A DNA stretch of 64,000 nt from Hydrolagus affinis (GCA_012026655.1 JAAILG010000027.1:124001-188000); one strand, 5' to 3'; counted from the stretch's first letter, positions 37,330-50,879 are shown. Translations and numbers: made by a program. Notes: a model not told the origin generated them from the sequence alone.

Positions 37330-38471
37330 AAACACAAAATAGTTCAATGCTGGAAGTCTGAAACAAAAACAGAAGTTGCTGGGAACACTCAGCAGCTCAG
37401 GCAGCATCCATGGAGAAAGGAAAAGTGAGTTCTGATGTAGAGGAGACCACAATGGTGGCAGCAGATGCAGTGTTCCACATTGGTGGTAGTGCATGTAAAT
37501 TGCTGTCTCACATAAAAACTGTGTTTGGGGTCCTGGACAGTGGTCTGGGAGGAGGTGAAATGGCAGGTGTTGCATCTCCTGCATTGTCATGGGAAGGTGA
37601 CGGGGAAGGAGAGCAACTGTTGGTGCTGATGAAGGAATGAACCAGGGAGTCACAAAGGGAACAGTCTCTTTGGATCTTTGAAATGTTGAGAGGGAGAGGA
37701 GGGAAATACAATTAGTCCTCGCTTAACACCGTAATTCTTGAAAAGTGTGACTTTAAGTGAAACGGTGTTAAGCTAACCCATTTTTCCCATAAGAATTAAT
37801 GTATAAACTGGAGTTAGGTTTTTTTGGATATTTTTCATCCATAGTTTCCAAAAAATATTATACATTGAATTACATGTACATTCATAAATGTAAAATCTAA
37901 TTTTTTTTTTTTTAAAATCACCTGAGATGGTTGTGGAGTTTGCTTATGGAGGTGGGTTGGCGTGAAGGGCCAAAGTGGTGGAGGTACTGGGACAAAGGGG
38001 CAGGATCAGGATGGACGCTGCGTAAGAATACTGGATGATCTGTGTCTATATATACGTACGCTACTCAAAGTAGTTTGTTTCCACCCACTGATGAATGACA
38101 TAATAGTGAACATTGCAACGTTAAACAGATATAGGTTCCCCTATGTATCAGCAATGTAGAATCGAATCAATATCAACGTTAAGCAAGGTCTACCTGTATA
38201 TGTTTTGTGATTTGGTCACGCTGGAGGTGCTGGAAATGGCGGAGAAATATTTATTGGATGTTGAGGCTGATGGGGTGGAAGGTGGAGACTAGGGGGCATC
38301 CTATCAAAGTTTTGAGATTAGGGGGGATCCTATCAAGGTTTTGAGATGAGGAGGAAGGGGTGAGGGAAGAGGTGAGGGAAATAGGACAGACACTGTCAAG
38401 GGCCCTGCCTACCCCAGTGGATGGGAACCCTCGATTGAGGAAAAAGTATCTCTGGAGTGAAAGGTGGCATC
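37330..38471 (-). mobile_element. Penelope-like retroelement relic (GIY-YIG endonuclease region and terminal repeat)
   Basis: Reverse-strand translation TTVQDPKHSFYVRQQFTCTTTNVEHCICCHHCGLLYI (~37435-37545) resembles the PLE GIY-YIG N-terminus; adjacent terminal repeat matches 25510-25582 and 62000-62090. Confidence 0.75.
37709..38196. mobile_element. Tigger-like MITE inserted in the Penelope-like relic
   Basis: TA-CAATTAGTCCTCGCTTAAC ... GTTAAGCAAGGTCTACCTG-TA; TIR related to the 21320 element. Confidence 0.8.
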
Positions 38472-39052
38472 GTCATTCAAGCCTTCTTCACATCCAGGAT
38501 TGACTACAGCAACACCCTACTTGTCGGCCTTCCCAATTCCTCTCTCCATAGGCTGCAGATCATCCAGAACTCTGTAGCCTGTGTCCTCTACTGCTCCAAG
38601 CTCCGCAACCCCATCTCCTCCATTCTCACCTGACTCTATTGGCTCCCCATCACCCAGAGGATTCAATTCAGCATCCTGGGCCTCACTTTCAAAGCCCTCC
38701 AAAGCCTCGCCCCACTCCACCTTTGTGACCTCCTAACACCCTACCAACTTGCCCGCTGCCTCCACTCGGCTGGCTCTGGCCTGCTTCATGTCCCCCAACC
38801 CACTCTGCCCCTAAACTCTGGGATTCCATCTGCAGTCCCTCTGCTTCACCCTCTTCCTAGCCTCCTTCAAATCCCGCCTCAAGAACCTCCTCTTCGACAG
38901 TCTCAATGGTCACCCCAAATCCCTTCCTTTCCCTCCACCCTCCCCGATCCCAACCTCAGCTCAGGTCTGAAACATTGACTGTCCAGCGCCTTGGGACTTC
39001 CTCCCGCCATGAAAGGCGCTATACAAATGTAATTTGGTTGTTGTTTGTTGTT
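38472..39052 (+). mobile_element. L2 LINE 3' fragment
   Basis: catccaggattgactacagcaac (SRIDYSN), attcaattcagcatcctgg, tail cagcgccttgggacttcctcccgccatgaaaggcgc..(ttg)n. Confidence 0.9.
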
Positions 39053-39064
39053 ATGTTGAAATCC

Positions 39065-39208
39065 ATCCCCCATTAACATCTCTTTAACCCATCATCTCCT
39101 GTCCTCTAACACATTTTCTCCTTTGTCTTCCTTGTCCTGCATTCCCCTCCCTCTCTGTTAGTCCTTAAAAACCTCTCCCTCCCAATATGCCCCACTTCTG
39201 ATGAAGGA
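39065..39208 (+). mobile_element. Penelope-like terminal-repeat fragment ending in CTGATGAAGG
   Basis: Reverse-complement similarity to 62112-62245; stops just after the first hammerhead box. Confidence 0.65.
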
Positions 39209-42200
39209 GAGTCAGAGAGACTACAATGGAATTCACCAATCTTATATTGATGCCCTCTGCTTTTGGACACACCCACAAATTGAAACAACCCATTAACTGC
39301 TACCTCATAGAATCCTTCACACAATCTTACACACCTCAAATGGATTCCCTTTCAATCATCTAATCTCCAGAGGTAAAAAACACAACAAACTGCCCAGTTC
39401 CCGATAGCTGTACCAACTCATCCCTGGTAACACCTTGTAAATCTACACTCTCTCCAATGCTACATTCCATTTACTTTCTGTCTGCCAATTAGACAACATA
39501 ATTACTGTTAAAAAGTGGAAAAAAGGCAATTTAACAATCAATAACTGTACAGTTCTCAAACCCTCCCTCTCTCCCACTTCCCAACAAAGCACTTCCAGTC
39601 TACACTTCACCCACAATGTATCCTGTGAAGTGCTTTGAGGTAACCTCACAATGTGAAAGATACTACACCAAATATAAGTACTGTATTATTATTATTATTA
39701 ATATACTTTGCCACTGCACTGAATATGTACTGCAAAATTAGGTAAAAGCTTTGCCCTTATTTACTCATGATGTTAAGCACTAGTCATTTAATTTTAAAGC
39801 CAGAGAAAGCTGTTTTGATGCAATGTGCGATATTTACTGTGTACGCACACTCTACTTGTGGCTTATTGCAAACATTGCAAACACTTCTATTGACTATGAA
39901 TTTCACAGCATGTCAGATATAGGCTCCTGTAATGCACAAGTCAAAGGGCACAGGCTGAATCCTTCATCGTACCATGAGGTTAGTCACTGGAAAACCTCAA
40001 ACCTGTTAGATTAGTAACGGTTTGGGCAATATAAAATATAAAAATGCTTTACTGTATTTATTACCAAAAGAAAACATGACGGGTACAATAAATAAATCAT
40101 TCAATATCCTGCAATCATTCTCACTGCCGGTGAACCCTTGTCACGCAGCCTCTCAATCATGCAGGGTTGAAAATGTGAGCACCAGATCTTTCTACCATCA
40201 TCCACACACTCCTCACAATTAAAGCTCTCTAAGAAAAGCAAGCAAGAGAAACTGCAATCCTATTTCTCAGTATGGCATTTTAGGCTCTTGGAGAATGAAA
40301 GCTTTTTATTTATTTTTCTTTGGGGAAAAACATCTGGGTAACTGCTTTGTGCTGACAACATTATCGGGTCCAAATCCTTCCCGTACCACCCCACACCCCC
40401 TCCTTCTCTCACTCTGTGCAGCCTCCCGTTAATTCAGATGTTAAGCCATTTGCTTCCATTAAGCACGTGGACATCAATGACAGTGACATTCTAATCCTGA
40501 CGCCACTACTGCAGACCACACTTTTTCCATTATCATCCCTGGAGACTGCCTGACTAGATGCCTGGCCAGGTGTATGTATTTTTATACGTGTTATGATGAC
40601 TATCATAAACTCGATATTATCCTCTATCAATGAGTGTCATTGACACTCATTGACAGTGTCACTCTGCACCTGACATAAACCTATGAGACCAATAGCGAAA
40701 CCATTAACATATTAAATTTACAGTCCTTGCCATTAGACTATAAAGAGATGAGCTGTGGCCACTGGCCAGGATTCACTATTATCCTTGATCCGCATTTTAT
40801 AGGCTGGGATTTATCCACAGTCTATACACACTGTGGATTTGCTCCTATTTATATCAAACTCTCCTGCAAAATTCACATTTGGTTTCTCCAACATATGCCT
40901 GAAACAGAAATTTTCATAGAAGGGTACAAATAAACAAAGGAAAAAATGAATTGAGTTGAAGCGGTGTGGGAGGTGGGGCTGTATTTTTCCAAAAGGGGTG
41001 GGAATAAGGCAGTGAAATTTAAGCGCTCCAAGACTATCATGCTTGAAGGGCATTATATAAATGCACATTCTTGTTGTTGCAATTTTATGAAGAGGGGGAA
41101 GAATGTATACATGTTTGGTTCTAAAAATGGGGGGTATTGAGGGACGAAAAACACAATGTGTGAGAGAATCCAGATTGCAACTGCTTCTTCCTGAGCAACA
41201 TAAGTCACGATTATTTCCAGGCATCAACATCGCCTGCTTTTTCAATCAGATTTTGCCACCCTTTGCTTACGAGTGGAAAAAAAAATCCCCTGCATCCTGT
41301 GTGAACTCATCATCTTTTAATATTTAGATAATAAACTTGAAAGATAAATTGTAGACATAACTTTATTTTTCACGTCTGGAATTTAAGCTGTTTCATTACC
41401 GTGCATCCCTTTGTCTTGACATCTGTTTGTCATTAGTCAGGGATAGAATTTTCCTCTAAAAAAATTCCTTTCAAATATATATGAAAAAAATACATCTTTT
41501 TGTTTTATTCTACCCTGTGGTTTCAGTCCTATTGACTTGACTTACTTTGCAAAACACATTGCCCATAGTCCTGAAAGGTCTTCTTTAAGGCACTGGCCTC
41601 AGCTGTGATTGAGTGAGAGGGTTTGAAAATGCCCAACTATTGAGGGCATGATACTGAGCTATGTTCAATTTAGCTACAATACAGCATCAGCTTCAATGCT
41701 GTTCAAATCAGTTACTTCGAATCATTTGGAGAGAAAAAAAGAAAGTTCTATTTTACCAAGTCAAAGTAATTTTAACCTGACGCTCAGTGTAAAATCCAGA
41801 GCATCAAACTCAGAGTGACATTAAGTGTCACTGGGTTCAGAACATTTTTTTGGGGAAAAAAATTATATTTTAATCCCCAGTGGATAAACATTTATCCCTT
41901 AAGACACAGGGATAAAGATTTTAATGGCATCTTGCTTCGGGATTCAAAATAAATAAGGCAAAGATGAGTTCCCATCTTCTTAGAACTAAATTACTGAGAT
42001 TAAAAATATGTAAACACAAAATGAACCTATTCCATTTGCATATTACATTTCGCTCTTAAAGTTGATATGGAAGATTAAGAGGCAGCATTTAATCCTCACT
42101 CTCCTAATCCCTAAAATTACAAAGACAGACATAAGTGCATGTCTGCCACAGTAAATTACCTTGAAATAAAGCAAATTCAGGATGAAAAGAGGAGCATATT

Positions 42201-43104
42201 TATATTACAGTGATTTAAAAATCTGTCGCCTAAACATATCTTTTTTCCAGCATTAACTGGCTAAACTGCAGCCAAAAACCCATTTTCTTTTACAAATAAC
42301 CAGCTACGCTTTCAAACAAATTTCCAGCCCAGAATCACACCGATATTCTGGAATATGTCTTGTGTTTTTGATCAAGGAACCCTTGATAAATTTTGACTTG
42401 ATTCTCTCCCTCCCCCTCCTCTTTCCTTTGCCTCCCCAACCCGTGCCTCCATTACTGTCTCAATACATTCGAGCCAGTGAGGCTGTTTTTAATAAGGATA
42501 GATGCCCAGGAAGTTACATTTATTCTGGCTTTAGAAAGTTTAGCGTAGAATTGAGCTGGGTTCCGCATCAGGAATAAATCGTGCGGTTGAGATGAGTTAA
42601 AGGTTATTAAAGGAAGGTAACGACTGCGTGAACAATTACAATCAAAAAGTCTTTCCTGAACTTTTACTTTAACTCCTCTTGGAAATTATCTTGATATAAA
42701 TGAAGGGGTGATGGTAAACCGCCCACCCCGAATTCCCGCAACATTGCCACCTTGCCTCCTTCTGTCTGAAACAATGAAAAGTTTGAAAGCAATAGGTGAT
42801 CAGAGTAACAAGAAGGGAAAATGTATCGAGTCTTCTGAAGTGTTTGCTGTCTCACTACATATCAAGTTAGAGAAAAATGTTTTGTTCTGATTCCCGAGGA
42901 ACTAAAACTTGCTTTAATAGCAAATCATGCTTTTCAGACAAGCATTATGAAGGTGCAAGGATTATTATTATTATTAATCTGCATGAGGGTCAAGATTACA
43001 CATTTAGCTTTAGAGCAATAAAATGATTCTCTACTGGGTTTTCCTTGGGTGTGGCACACATTGATTTATTTAAATACCTATCGCAAGCCATATACTGTAC
43101 TAAT

Positions 43105-43220
43105 AAATAATAATCCTTGCATTTGATATAGAACATTATCACATCATTGCGATACCACAAAGCGCTTCACAGGATATACTGTAAAGTGAATTGACTGTAT
43201 ATTATGTGGGTGAAATATAT
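43105..43220 (-). mobile_element. SINE 3' tail fragment
   Basis: aataataatccttgcatttgatatag..aagcgcttcacaggatatactgtaaagtgaattgactg. Confidence 0.85.
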
Positions 43221-44169
43221 GTTGAAGGGATGTAACGTTTCCTCATTGCTTTCAGTCACATTGAGCAAAGCAAACCCAGATATACAATTATAAAAGCGGG
43301 CTAATGAAGGCAGTGCAAATTGCAATTAATTTTCATCTTGAAGGAATCATTCCAGACTAATCAACTGCCTATCAAATGTCCATATGAATTACACTGTACA
43401 AAAGAAAAATCATTAGCCAGGGCCCACACAGCACAACGCTACACACATAGAAATAAAGGAATGTCTGATTGGAAAGCTCAGCAAATTATAACTGCGATGG
43501 AAGTTAAGTAAACCTTTTGGATTTTAACAGTCCCAATTGCGTAAAATGCAATTTGGATTAATTCTTATTCAGAATGGTAGACTCTTTCTTTACCTTTAGA
43601 AACTCAAGACCACATTAATTCTGTAAAATCTACAACACACGCTTTCAATAACTTGGAAGTCAGGAATACTTTTTTTAAAAAAACGTGATTTAATCACCGA
43701 AATCTGGAGGTTAGCATTTTGTACAGTAGATGCCCTGTGTCCAAGGTGTCCAATGTCCCTTTCCCTGGCACCAGGACACTCTTATATCAATACCAGCAAA
43801 ACTACATTAAGCCATTATTTTGTTACAAGTAAAGTTTGCTCATGCTTTTTGAAATTCAAACTTTGGAATTTATTTCAGAATAGAACACACGAATGATTGC
43901 AGCCACAATAAACAAATAAACAAAGCCTTTCCGCTACAAGTTGAACTGTAAAATCTGCAGCAGATTGGCTTAAGCAGGGTAACTATGCAGTATGTGCCTC
44001 ACACAGGTAACTGTATACAATAGCAGACAGTAAGGTACTGTATTTACAGTAAACTCCTGAAAACTCAACTCTGTGTTTACTTGGCACTACCATGCTGCCA
44101 ATATCCTGGCTTCTTCCCAGGCAAAATATTAATAAAGGACTCTGTTTTACTTGTCACTCTGCTTAAAAC

Positions 44170-44551
44170 ATAATAATAATCTTTACATTTTATATAGTGC
44201 CTTATCATGTTGTCAAGAAGTCTCAAAGTGCTACACAGAATATACTGTAAAGTGATTTGACTGTGTTTTTGTGTGTGGGTGAAACGCGGCTGCCAATTGA
44301 ACACAACAGTGTTCCTCAAATAGTTGTACATTAAGTAACCAAATTATTATTTAAACTTTTTTTATTTAATGGTATAATTATCCCCAGAAAAGTGATCCAC
44401 CAATTGACCAACTGGTTTCCTACTTACTGCTAGGTAAACAGAGGCATGTGGATTAAGGAAACTTGCCTAATGTTTCGGCCTACCTCGGAATCAAACCCAG
44501 GTCCTCATGTTTGCAGAGTGAGTGCTCCAGCCACTTATGCTACAGGACTCC
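44170..44551 (-). mobile_element. Full-length tRNA-head SINE (long variant)
   Basis: Tail taataataatctttacattt, internal ttcctacttactgctaggtaaacagagg, head ending gctacaggactcc. Confidence 0.9.
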
Positions 44552-44944
44552 ACAAGTCGCATTCTAGAAATTAAAAATTAGTGGATAACTAGTCCAATAG
44601 ATGGTGGCTTACATCATAGAGGCCTCTGATCTTTTAGAGGACCATGCCAAGGCCTCACATCGCATCTCCAACCCAATCCTGTGACAGAATAGAGCGCGAG
44701 GATTTGGCGTGGCCCTCTAACAGACCAGAAGCTTCTGCGATGTATCTGAGTATACAAGTTTGATTTCTGCTGAGTACCCGCACCAGTCACAGAGTTCCCT
44801 TGTGGCCCAGGAGGACCTCCGCCTAACTCACCACTCCAGAGAACTCAATCCTCTTTTCCCTTGGAGTGACAAATTATCCAGAGTTTACCGTACTTGCAGT
44901 ATGTATCTGAAGCGAGAGCAGGGGCAGGTGACTGTAAGCACGAT

Positions 44945-45440
44945 CAAAAAGGAAGGTCTTTAGATGGGATTTGAAGGTGGGGAGGGAGGGGGCAGGCGAA
45001 GGGATTGAGGGAGATAGTTCCAGAGTTTTGGGGTGCAGTGGTTGAAGGCATGGTCACCGATGGTAGAACGGAGAGCATGAGGGACAATTAGGAGTCCAGA
45101 GCCAGCCGAGAGGAGGCAGAGAGTGCTGGAGTGGGGGGTAAGCAGGTTGGATAGGAAGGGAGATGTGAGGGACTGAAGTAATTTGAAAATGATTAAGAGG
45201 GTTTTGAAGTCGATCTGTTCCGTGATTGGGAGTCAGCACAGCCTGGCAAGGACTGGTGTGATAGGAATAATAAACTAGCAAGGACTGTTGTGATATGAGT
45301 TTTGTGCGGGTGAGTATCTAGGCAGCAGAATTTTTAATTAATTGGATTTTGTGCATGGTGGAGCTAGGGAGACCAATGAGGAGGGTATTGGAATAGTCTA
45401 GCCGGGAAGTGACAAAGGTGTGGACGAGGGTTTCAACCTT
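44945..45440 (-). mobile_element. Older L2 ORF2 fragment
   Basis: gagatagttccagagttttgggg, ggttttgaagtcgat, ttggaatagtctagccgggaagtgacaaagg ([10 protein letters not shown]) on the reverse strand. Confidence 0.75.
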
Positions 45441-48400
45441 GTCCACAGGTAACTATTTAGTAGTGCAGCTATTAAAACTATATACAGTATGGTCTTCCAT
45501 TGATGTCTCAATAAGTAGATTCTCATCATGACTGCGACAACATTCAATGAAATTAGAGGAAAGAAAGCCTTTTGTGAAGCCTCTTTCTTACAAACTTGGA
45601 GTGATTGACATTTCCGGCAGCCTTTTTGGGCCACTATGTCCTAAAGTTGTCATCTACACCGGCAATTACAAAGATTTGGAAAATGCGGACTTAGTGAGTC
45701 TGCATTCCAGGGTCCACTCAACATACCAATGTCTACTTTGAAGATTAAGAGCATTTTCCTTTCTTTGATTTCATACAAAGAAGATGCAGAAATCAACTGT
45801 GGCTTTAACTGGTTAAAAACAAAAATCCACATACACTGATGTTTGATCCTCTCTTCTCTCCCCCAGCACCCACGGGGGGATAAGGGCTGATGCAGTGATC
45901 TTTTCTGACCGCACAGCTATTCAGACTGCTCCAATCACTGAGGTGGAAGTGACCAAATCCTTGCTGCTTACTTATTAATAATGCACCAATCCCTCTGACC
46001 ACAGCACTGCTCTTTTGCTTTATCTCCGCAAAAATAAGTTTAGACTGTAAAGTACCTTGTTAAAGAATGGTCTGAAAATTAAATTTATCAATAATTCTGA
46101 AGCCTCTGGTACTGGCTTAAAAAGAGTTAACTAATCTACATAAACTGAAATTCATCAACATTATCCCAAGCAGACAAACGACAGTTCTATCAGGTCCATT
46201 TCATAGCATGAGGGATTACCGCAGACAATCTAATCCTACTGAACCTGAGGGAGGTAAGTTACTTGTATCTAAAATCCTGGCCACGATGAACAAGAAGGTT
46301 AAATAGGTACCTTGGTCTGTAATCAAATGTCACAGTCACGACTTATCTGTTCACAGAAAACTAATGTTCAAAATCAATTAGGGCACATTAGTATGCCTTT
46401 CCTTTCTGACTCTACATATAGTGAGGTAGACAGTACAAAGTGGATGTCCGCACCTGAAAACAACTGTTCCATGGATCGGCCAGTGATTGAAAACCTTCAC
46501 TGACAGAGTTGATTTTGTTGACAAGTGGGTGGAGGGGTGGGGGTGCTTGGGTGGGTGGGTGCTTTGGAGTAAGAGGTGTAAAATTAAGGCTGAGATATTT
46601 GGAAAATGAGACTACTGCAAGGACTTATACCCCATACTGCAGGGTTGTGGCAAAGGCATGAAATCCAAAGCACACTGCTACATTGCTTGTCCACATCTCA
46701 CCTACAAAGAGTCCCCACTTCTGGTTGTACTTTAATGTAGTCATTAAAACTAAAATATCTCACCCTAAATCTCTCCCCATCAACTCCCTGTTATAATCAA
46801 CCAACAGGCGACTGAAGTAAAGTGAACAAGGACACCACTGGTGAAGAGATCTACTTGTTAACCTGGTTTAAATCCCAAGGAAAATTGCCGCAGCTCCTCC
46901 AACTCTTTGTTCCCAGCAGGGAGAGGTTCCCTTTGGTGGTCTAGGGTTGAACACCCCATACTCCTTTTCATACCTGTCATCCTGAATAGACTTCACAGTC
47001 TGTGCACACAGACAAACGGTCTGACCTGTCCAGCAAGCCTGACCTCGAGGCAGGAAGAAGAACACATCTGGTTATTAATATTGGGCATTATCAAATGTAA
47101 TCTTCAAATGCAGCGGAGGAAAGGACAGCAATTACACGGCATGCATCAAATGTCAATCAGCGAGCAGCCCAGACCAAGGCTTTGCCCTGAAGTGCTGAAA
47201 TGACCATCTGCTTGTGACCGTGAGGGATAAAGAAAGTTTTGTTAATATCCAGGCAGATTAGTGAAAAGCCTAGCCTAAACTCTCTCTCCCCTCCATCCCC
47301 CCCACCCTTCCCAGCCCATTCTATCCGGCAGCACACTCTGCACTTGTCTGTCCTTATGCTGTAATTATTATTTCACGCTGACCCTCCTGAAAGATTTTTT
47401 CATTGTCATTTATCTGATTCATAGGTGAAAGCTGATATTATTAGAATTATCTGGGGGTTTTCACAAAGAAAGAGAACAGAACAAAAAAACAGTGGCAGTC
47501 TGTGTCAAAAATACATAGATTTCGGCAACTTCACGTATATTTTGTGATGGTTTTTTTTTGGTTGGGGGAAAGGAATTATTTTTATTCATATCTGTGACTC
47601 TTCCGCAATGGATTTCAGTTCAGCTGCTTTTAAAGCGACTGCGCTGCCTGGCATCAGTTTGCCAAATCGATAAGGAAAGTAAATTTTTAAAAGCTCTGAT
47701 TTTTCACACATCCAGACACCAAGACTTTTAGCTGAACAAATCAACAAGTTTAAAATCCTGTAAATAGCATCAACCCTCTCCTCTGTACCACCACACACGT
47801 ATGCACACACGTACACAGATACAAACACTTGCACACACATATACACACACACTTTCCAATTTCATATCACACAATGGACTTATGCAAATACGGTAACCAC
47901 ATTGCCTTGACCTTTTTGCAGTCATGTTGGGACAATGGCAGTGCAATAATTGGAATCTCCTACATCTAAGATGTTTGATTTAAATTAAGAAGTTGGTGCA
48001 AGACTATTCAAATGAGAATAATACGGCTTCAGTGTTAATAACATGCCACTCAATGTGTCAACAGCTTCTGCTAATATGCACAGATCGGATCGAGCTCCAT
48101 TTTGGCACTGCAGGTCTGCTCTCGGTGGCTGTTTCCTCATCCATATCGTTTGCAATGCCAAACAATAGCACTATCATCCATAACATGGATAATGAGGGAG
48201 TCCAGACATGGCTCCCTCAGGAGAACATTACACGAAAAGTCACCCGAGGACCCAACCTCGCCCATGTCCTTTTGCTAAGGATAAAGGCAGGCCAAGCTCA
48301 TAGGCCAGGCGCAATCTCAAACCGAAATGCAGGAGGCATTCTGCAATCCAGACAGACTATTCTGCTTCACTGATGACAGATGCAGAGATAGAGAATGGCG

Positions 48401-48725
48401 TAATTAATCAGTTCATTGCTTCCGACTCACAGCCAAAAAAGACAGAGGACACCTCAAGTAAAAATACTCAGGCTCACACGCCCAGCTGATAAACAGGTGC
48501 TACATGGTATTTGAATTTCCTGGAGGAAAGGACGCTTGCTTGCCAGTCAAAAGCCAACATTGAAAATTCTTCATCTTAAATGGCCCAAATAAAGCACTAT
48601 AAACGTGATCTTGAAATATCTACTAAAAGGAATTTGATGTTTGTTTCACACCCATATAGACACAGATTCAAGCACACATTTTTGTGTGGCTGTAAATATG
48701 TTGCTCACAGGCCACAGAATATTGG

Positions 48726-48727
<2 letters not shown>

Positions 48728-48757
<30 letters not shown>
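48728..48757. repeat. (CA)n microsatellite
   Basis: About 15 CA units. Confidence 0.95.
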
Positions 48758-48759
<2 letters not shown>

Positions 48760-49122
48760 TTTCCTCGGCAACAGATACATGCTTGAAGGTACTCAGGCAG
48801 GTGATGAGCTGCCACAAAGACTACTGACAAAAAAATCATGCTGTCTTCTCACAAGTGTCAATTCAAATGCCTGCTGAACAGGGCACATTATTTGGCTTAA
48901 ATCGGTACACCGTGTGGGAGCTGATGAAAATCCATCTCTCCATGTCCGATCACAAACTTTCCACTTACAAGAAGATGCACTGTGGACAATAGTCCTGATA
49001 CTGGATAGATTGCGAACGTCGTCCTATACTAAAGCGCAAGGCTCGTCAACAGACCATTCTGTATCCTTCCCCTGCTTTGCATTCTAGTGAGTTATACCTA
49101 GGGGCTTGAAAGATAGATATCA

Positions 49123-49520
49123 CAACAACAACAACAACGTATTTATATCGCACCCTCCACACTGGATGGCATCTCAGAGTGCTTCACAAGGCAGATCCTG
49201 GGGCCGAGCCAGGGGGAGAGGGAAAAATGTAACCAAAAGCGCGGTTGAAAAGAAAGTCTTCAGGCATGACATGAAAATAGGAAAGGAGGGGGTGATGCGA
49301 AGGGAGCGAGGGAGGGAGTTCCAGATCCGCGGGGCATAGTGGCTGAAGGCACGGCCACTGACGGTGGAACAGAGGATTTGGGGACAAGAAGGAGGCCAGA
49401 CTCAGTAGACCGAAGGCAATAGGTACTATTGTGAGGAGAGAGGAGATCAGAGAGGTAGGGGGTGCAGAGGAGTGGAGGGAATTGAAAACAAGAGTGAGGA
49501 TCTTGAAATCGATCCACTCT
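49123..49520 (-). mobile_element. L2 3' fragment (third tail type)
   Basis: (aac)n-gtatttatatcgcaccctccacactggatggcatctcagagtgcttcaca; WIDFKILTLVFNSLH; same tail type on + at ~31000-31070. Confidence 0.8.
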
Positions 49521-50879
49521 GAGACAGTGATGTCTGGCAAGGACTTCAATACAAATTGGGAGCAAATATGTTCAGCACAAAATCTTTTTCCTACAACATA
49601 TTCATTTTGCTACAGATGTTACCCTGTTCTATAACGCTGCAAGTAAAGACAACATAGGCATGCAACAATAGTTCCAGCTGAATCCATTTGCACCTTTACA
49701 CTTAATTTCTATAGGCATTTATATATATCCTTTGGGTAAATATTCGGTGAAGCAATTTGCCTGAAGCCTTCGACAGCTTGGGTTTATATTGGAAAATCCT
49801 ATTAAAGTCTGATGTTGCCAAACATGCTACACAGAACCCTGAACCAAATTTTCACACCAACTGGTCAGTCGCTTCTTGGCTATTTCAGCTCCTTGGGGTG
49901 TCCTCCCAATGTGAAATGCGCAATACAAATGTAATTTTGTTGTTGTTATTTGTGTGAAGTTTGGTATGTGTAATTTGGCTGCTGCTGTCGTTTGCAAAAT
50001 ACAGTTACTTCGCTTCACAGTATATCTTGTGAAGAGCTTTGAGTTGTTCTTCCGATGTAAAACAACAACAACAAAATTACATTTGTATGGACACAAGCAT
50101 TCAAGAATTATACACACCTACGTAGGCTATTTTTCCAAATTACAAATTGCTCCTAAGAGAAAACCAATGTAGGTTGGAGGTTGGGTTGGAGGTCCCACTG
50201 GAAACATATTGAATGGCAATCCATACTACTCTGGTTCAAACCCTGTACTATTCTGTTTCAACTAACATTTCTTTACCCAGGAATAATGACTGCAGAGGAG
50301 TGTAAGGCAAGTCTCTTGCTGATTGCGTAAAGTTTGTGTTAGTTAACATTTTGCCAGTGAAGGTGGGTGGATTGATAGAATTACTGTTTAATGTCACAGA
50401 AATGCCAGACAAATTTTATTTCAATTAAAAGTAGCTCATCACCCTTATTTTCTGACCAGAGTCCACAGTGCAGAGCGAGGCAGTATTCCGACTGTAAATT
50501 GAGATGGATCTTCAGGAGGTGTATGAAGGGGAATCAATAGAGTTATCCCTTATTGCAATGCAACCTGAAATGTTTGGCTGACTATTCTGGCATCTCTATT
50601 CCACTGGCAGTCACTACACTGCCAGGCTGAAGGTTGCCAAAATACCTTAAGGCAGCTGTTAAACCAGCCAGTGAACTGTCAGTCCTGTCAATGAGGTGCA
50701 TGGGTGGGAAGTTATTTAGGATCTGATGGTGATCCACAACCAATAAAATACCCTGAGCATTGTCCTGGTGAAATGGGTGCAGAGCTGGGCAACTAACACC
50801 ACATTTGAATTCGTAAATATTAATGCCCCCATTCAATTTCTGCATCTTGTTTCTTCTCCACTATATGTCAGTCTAATGA

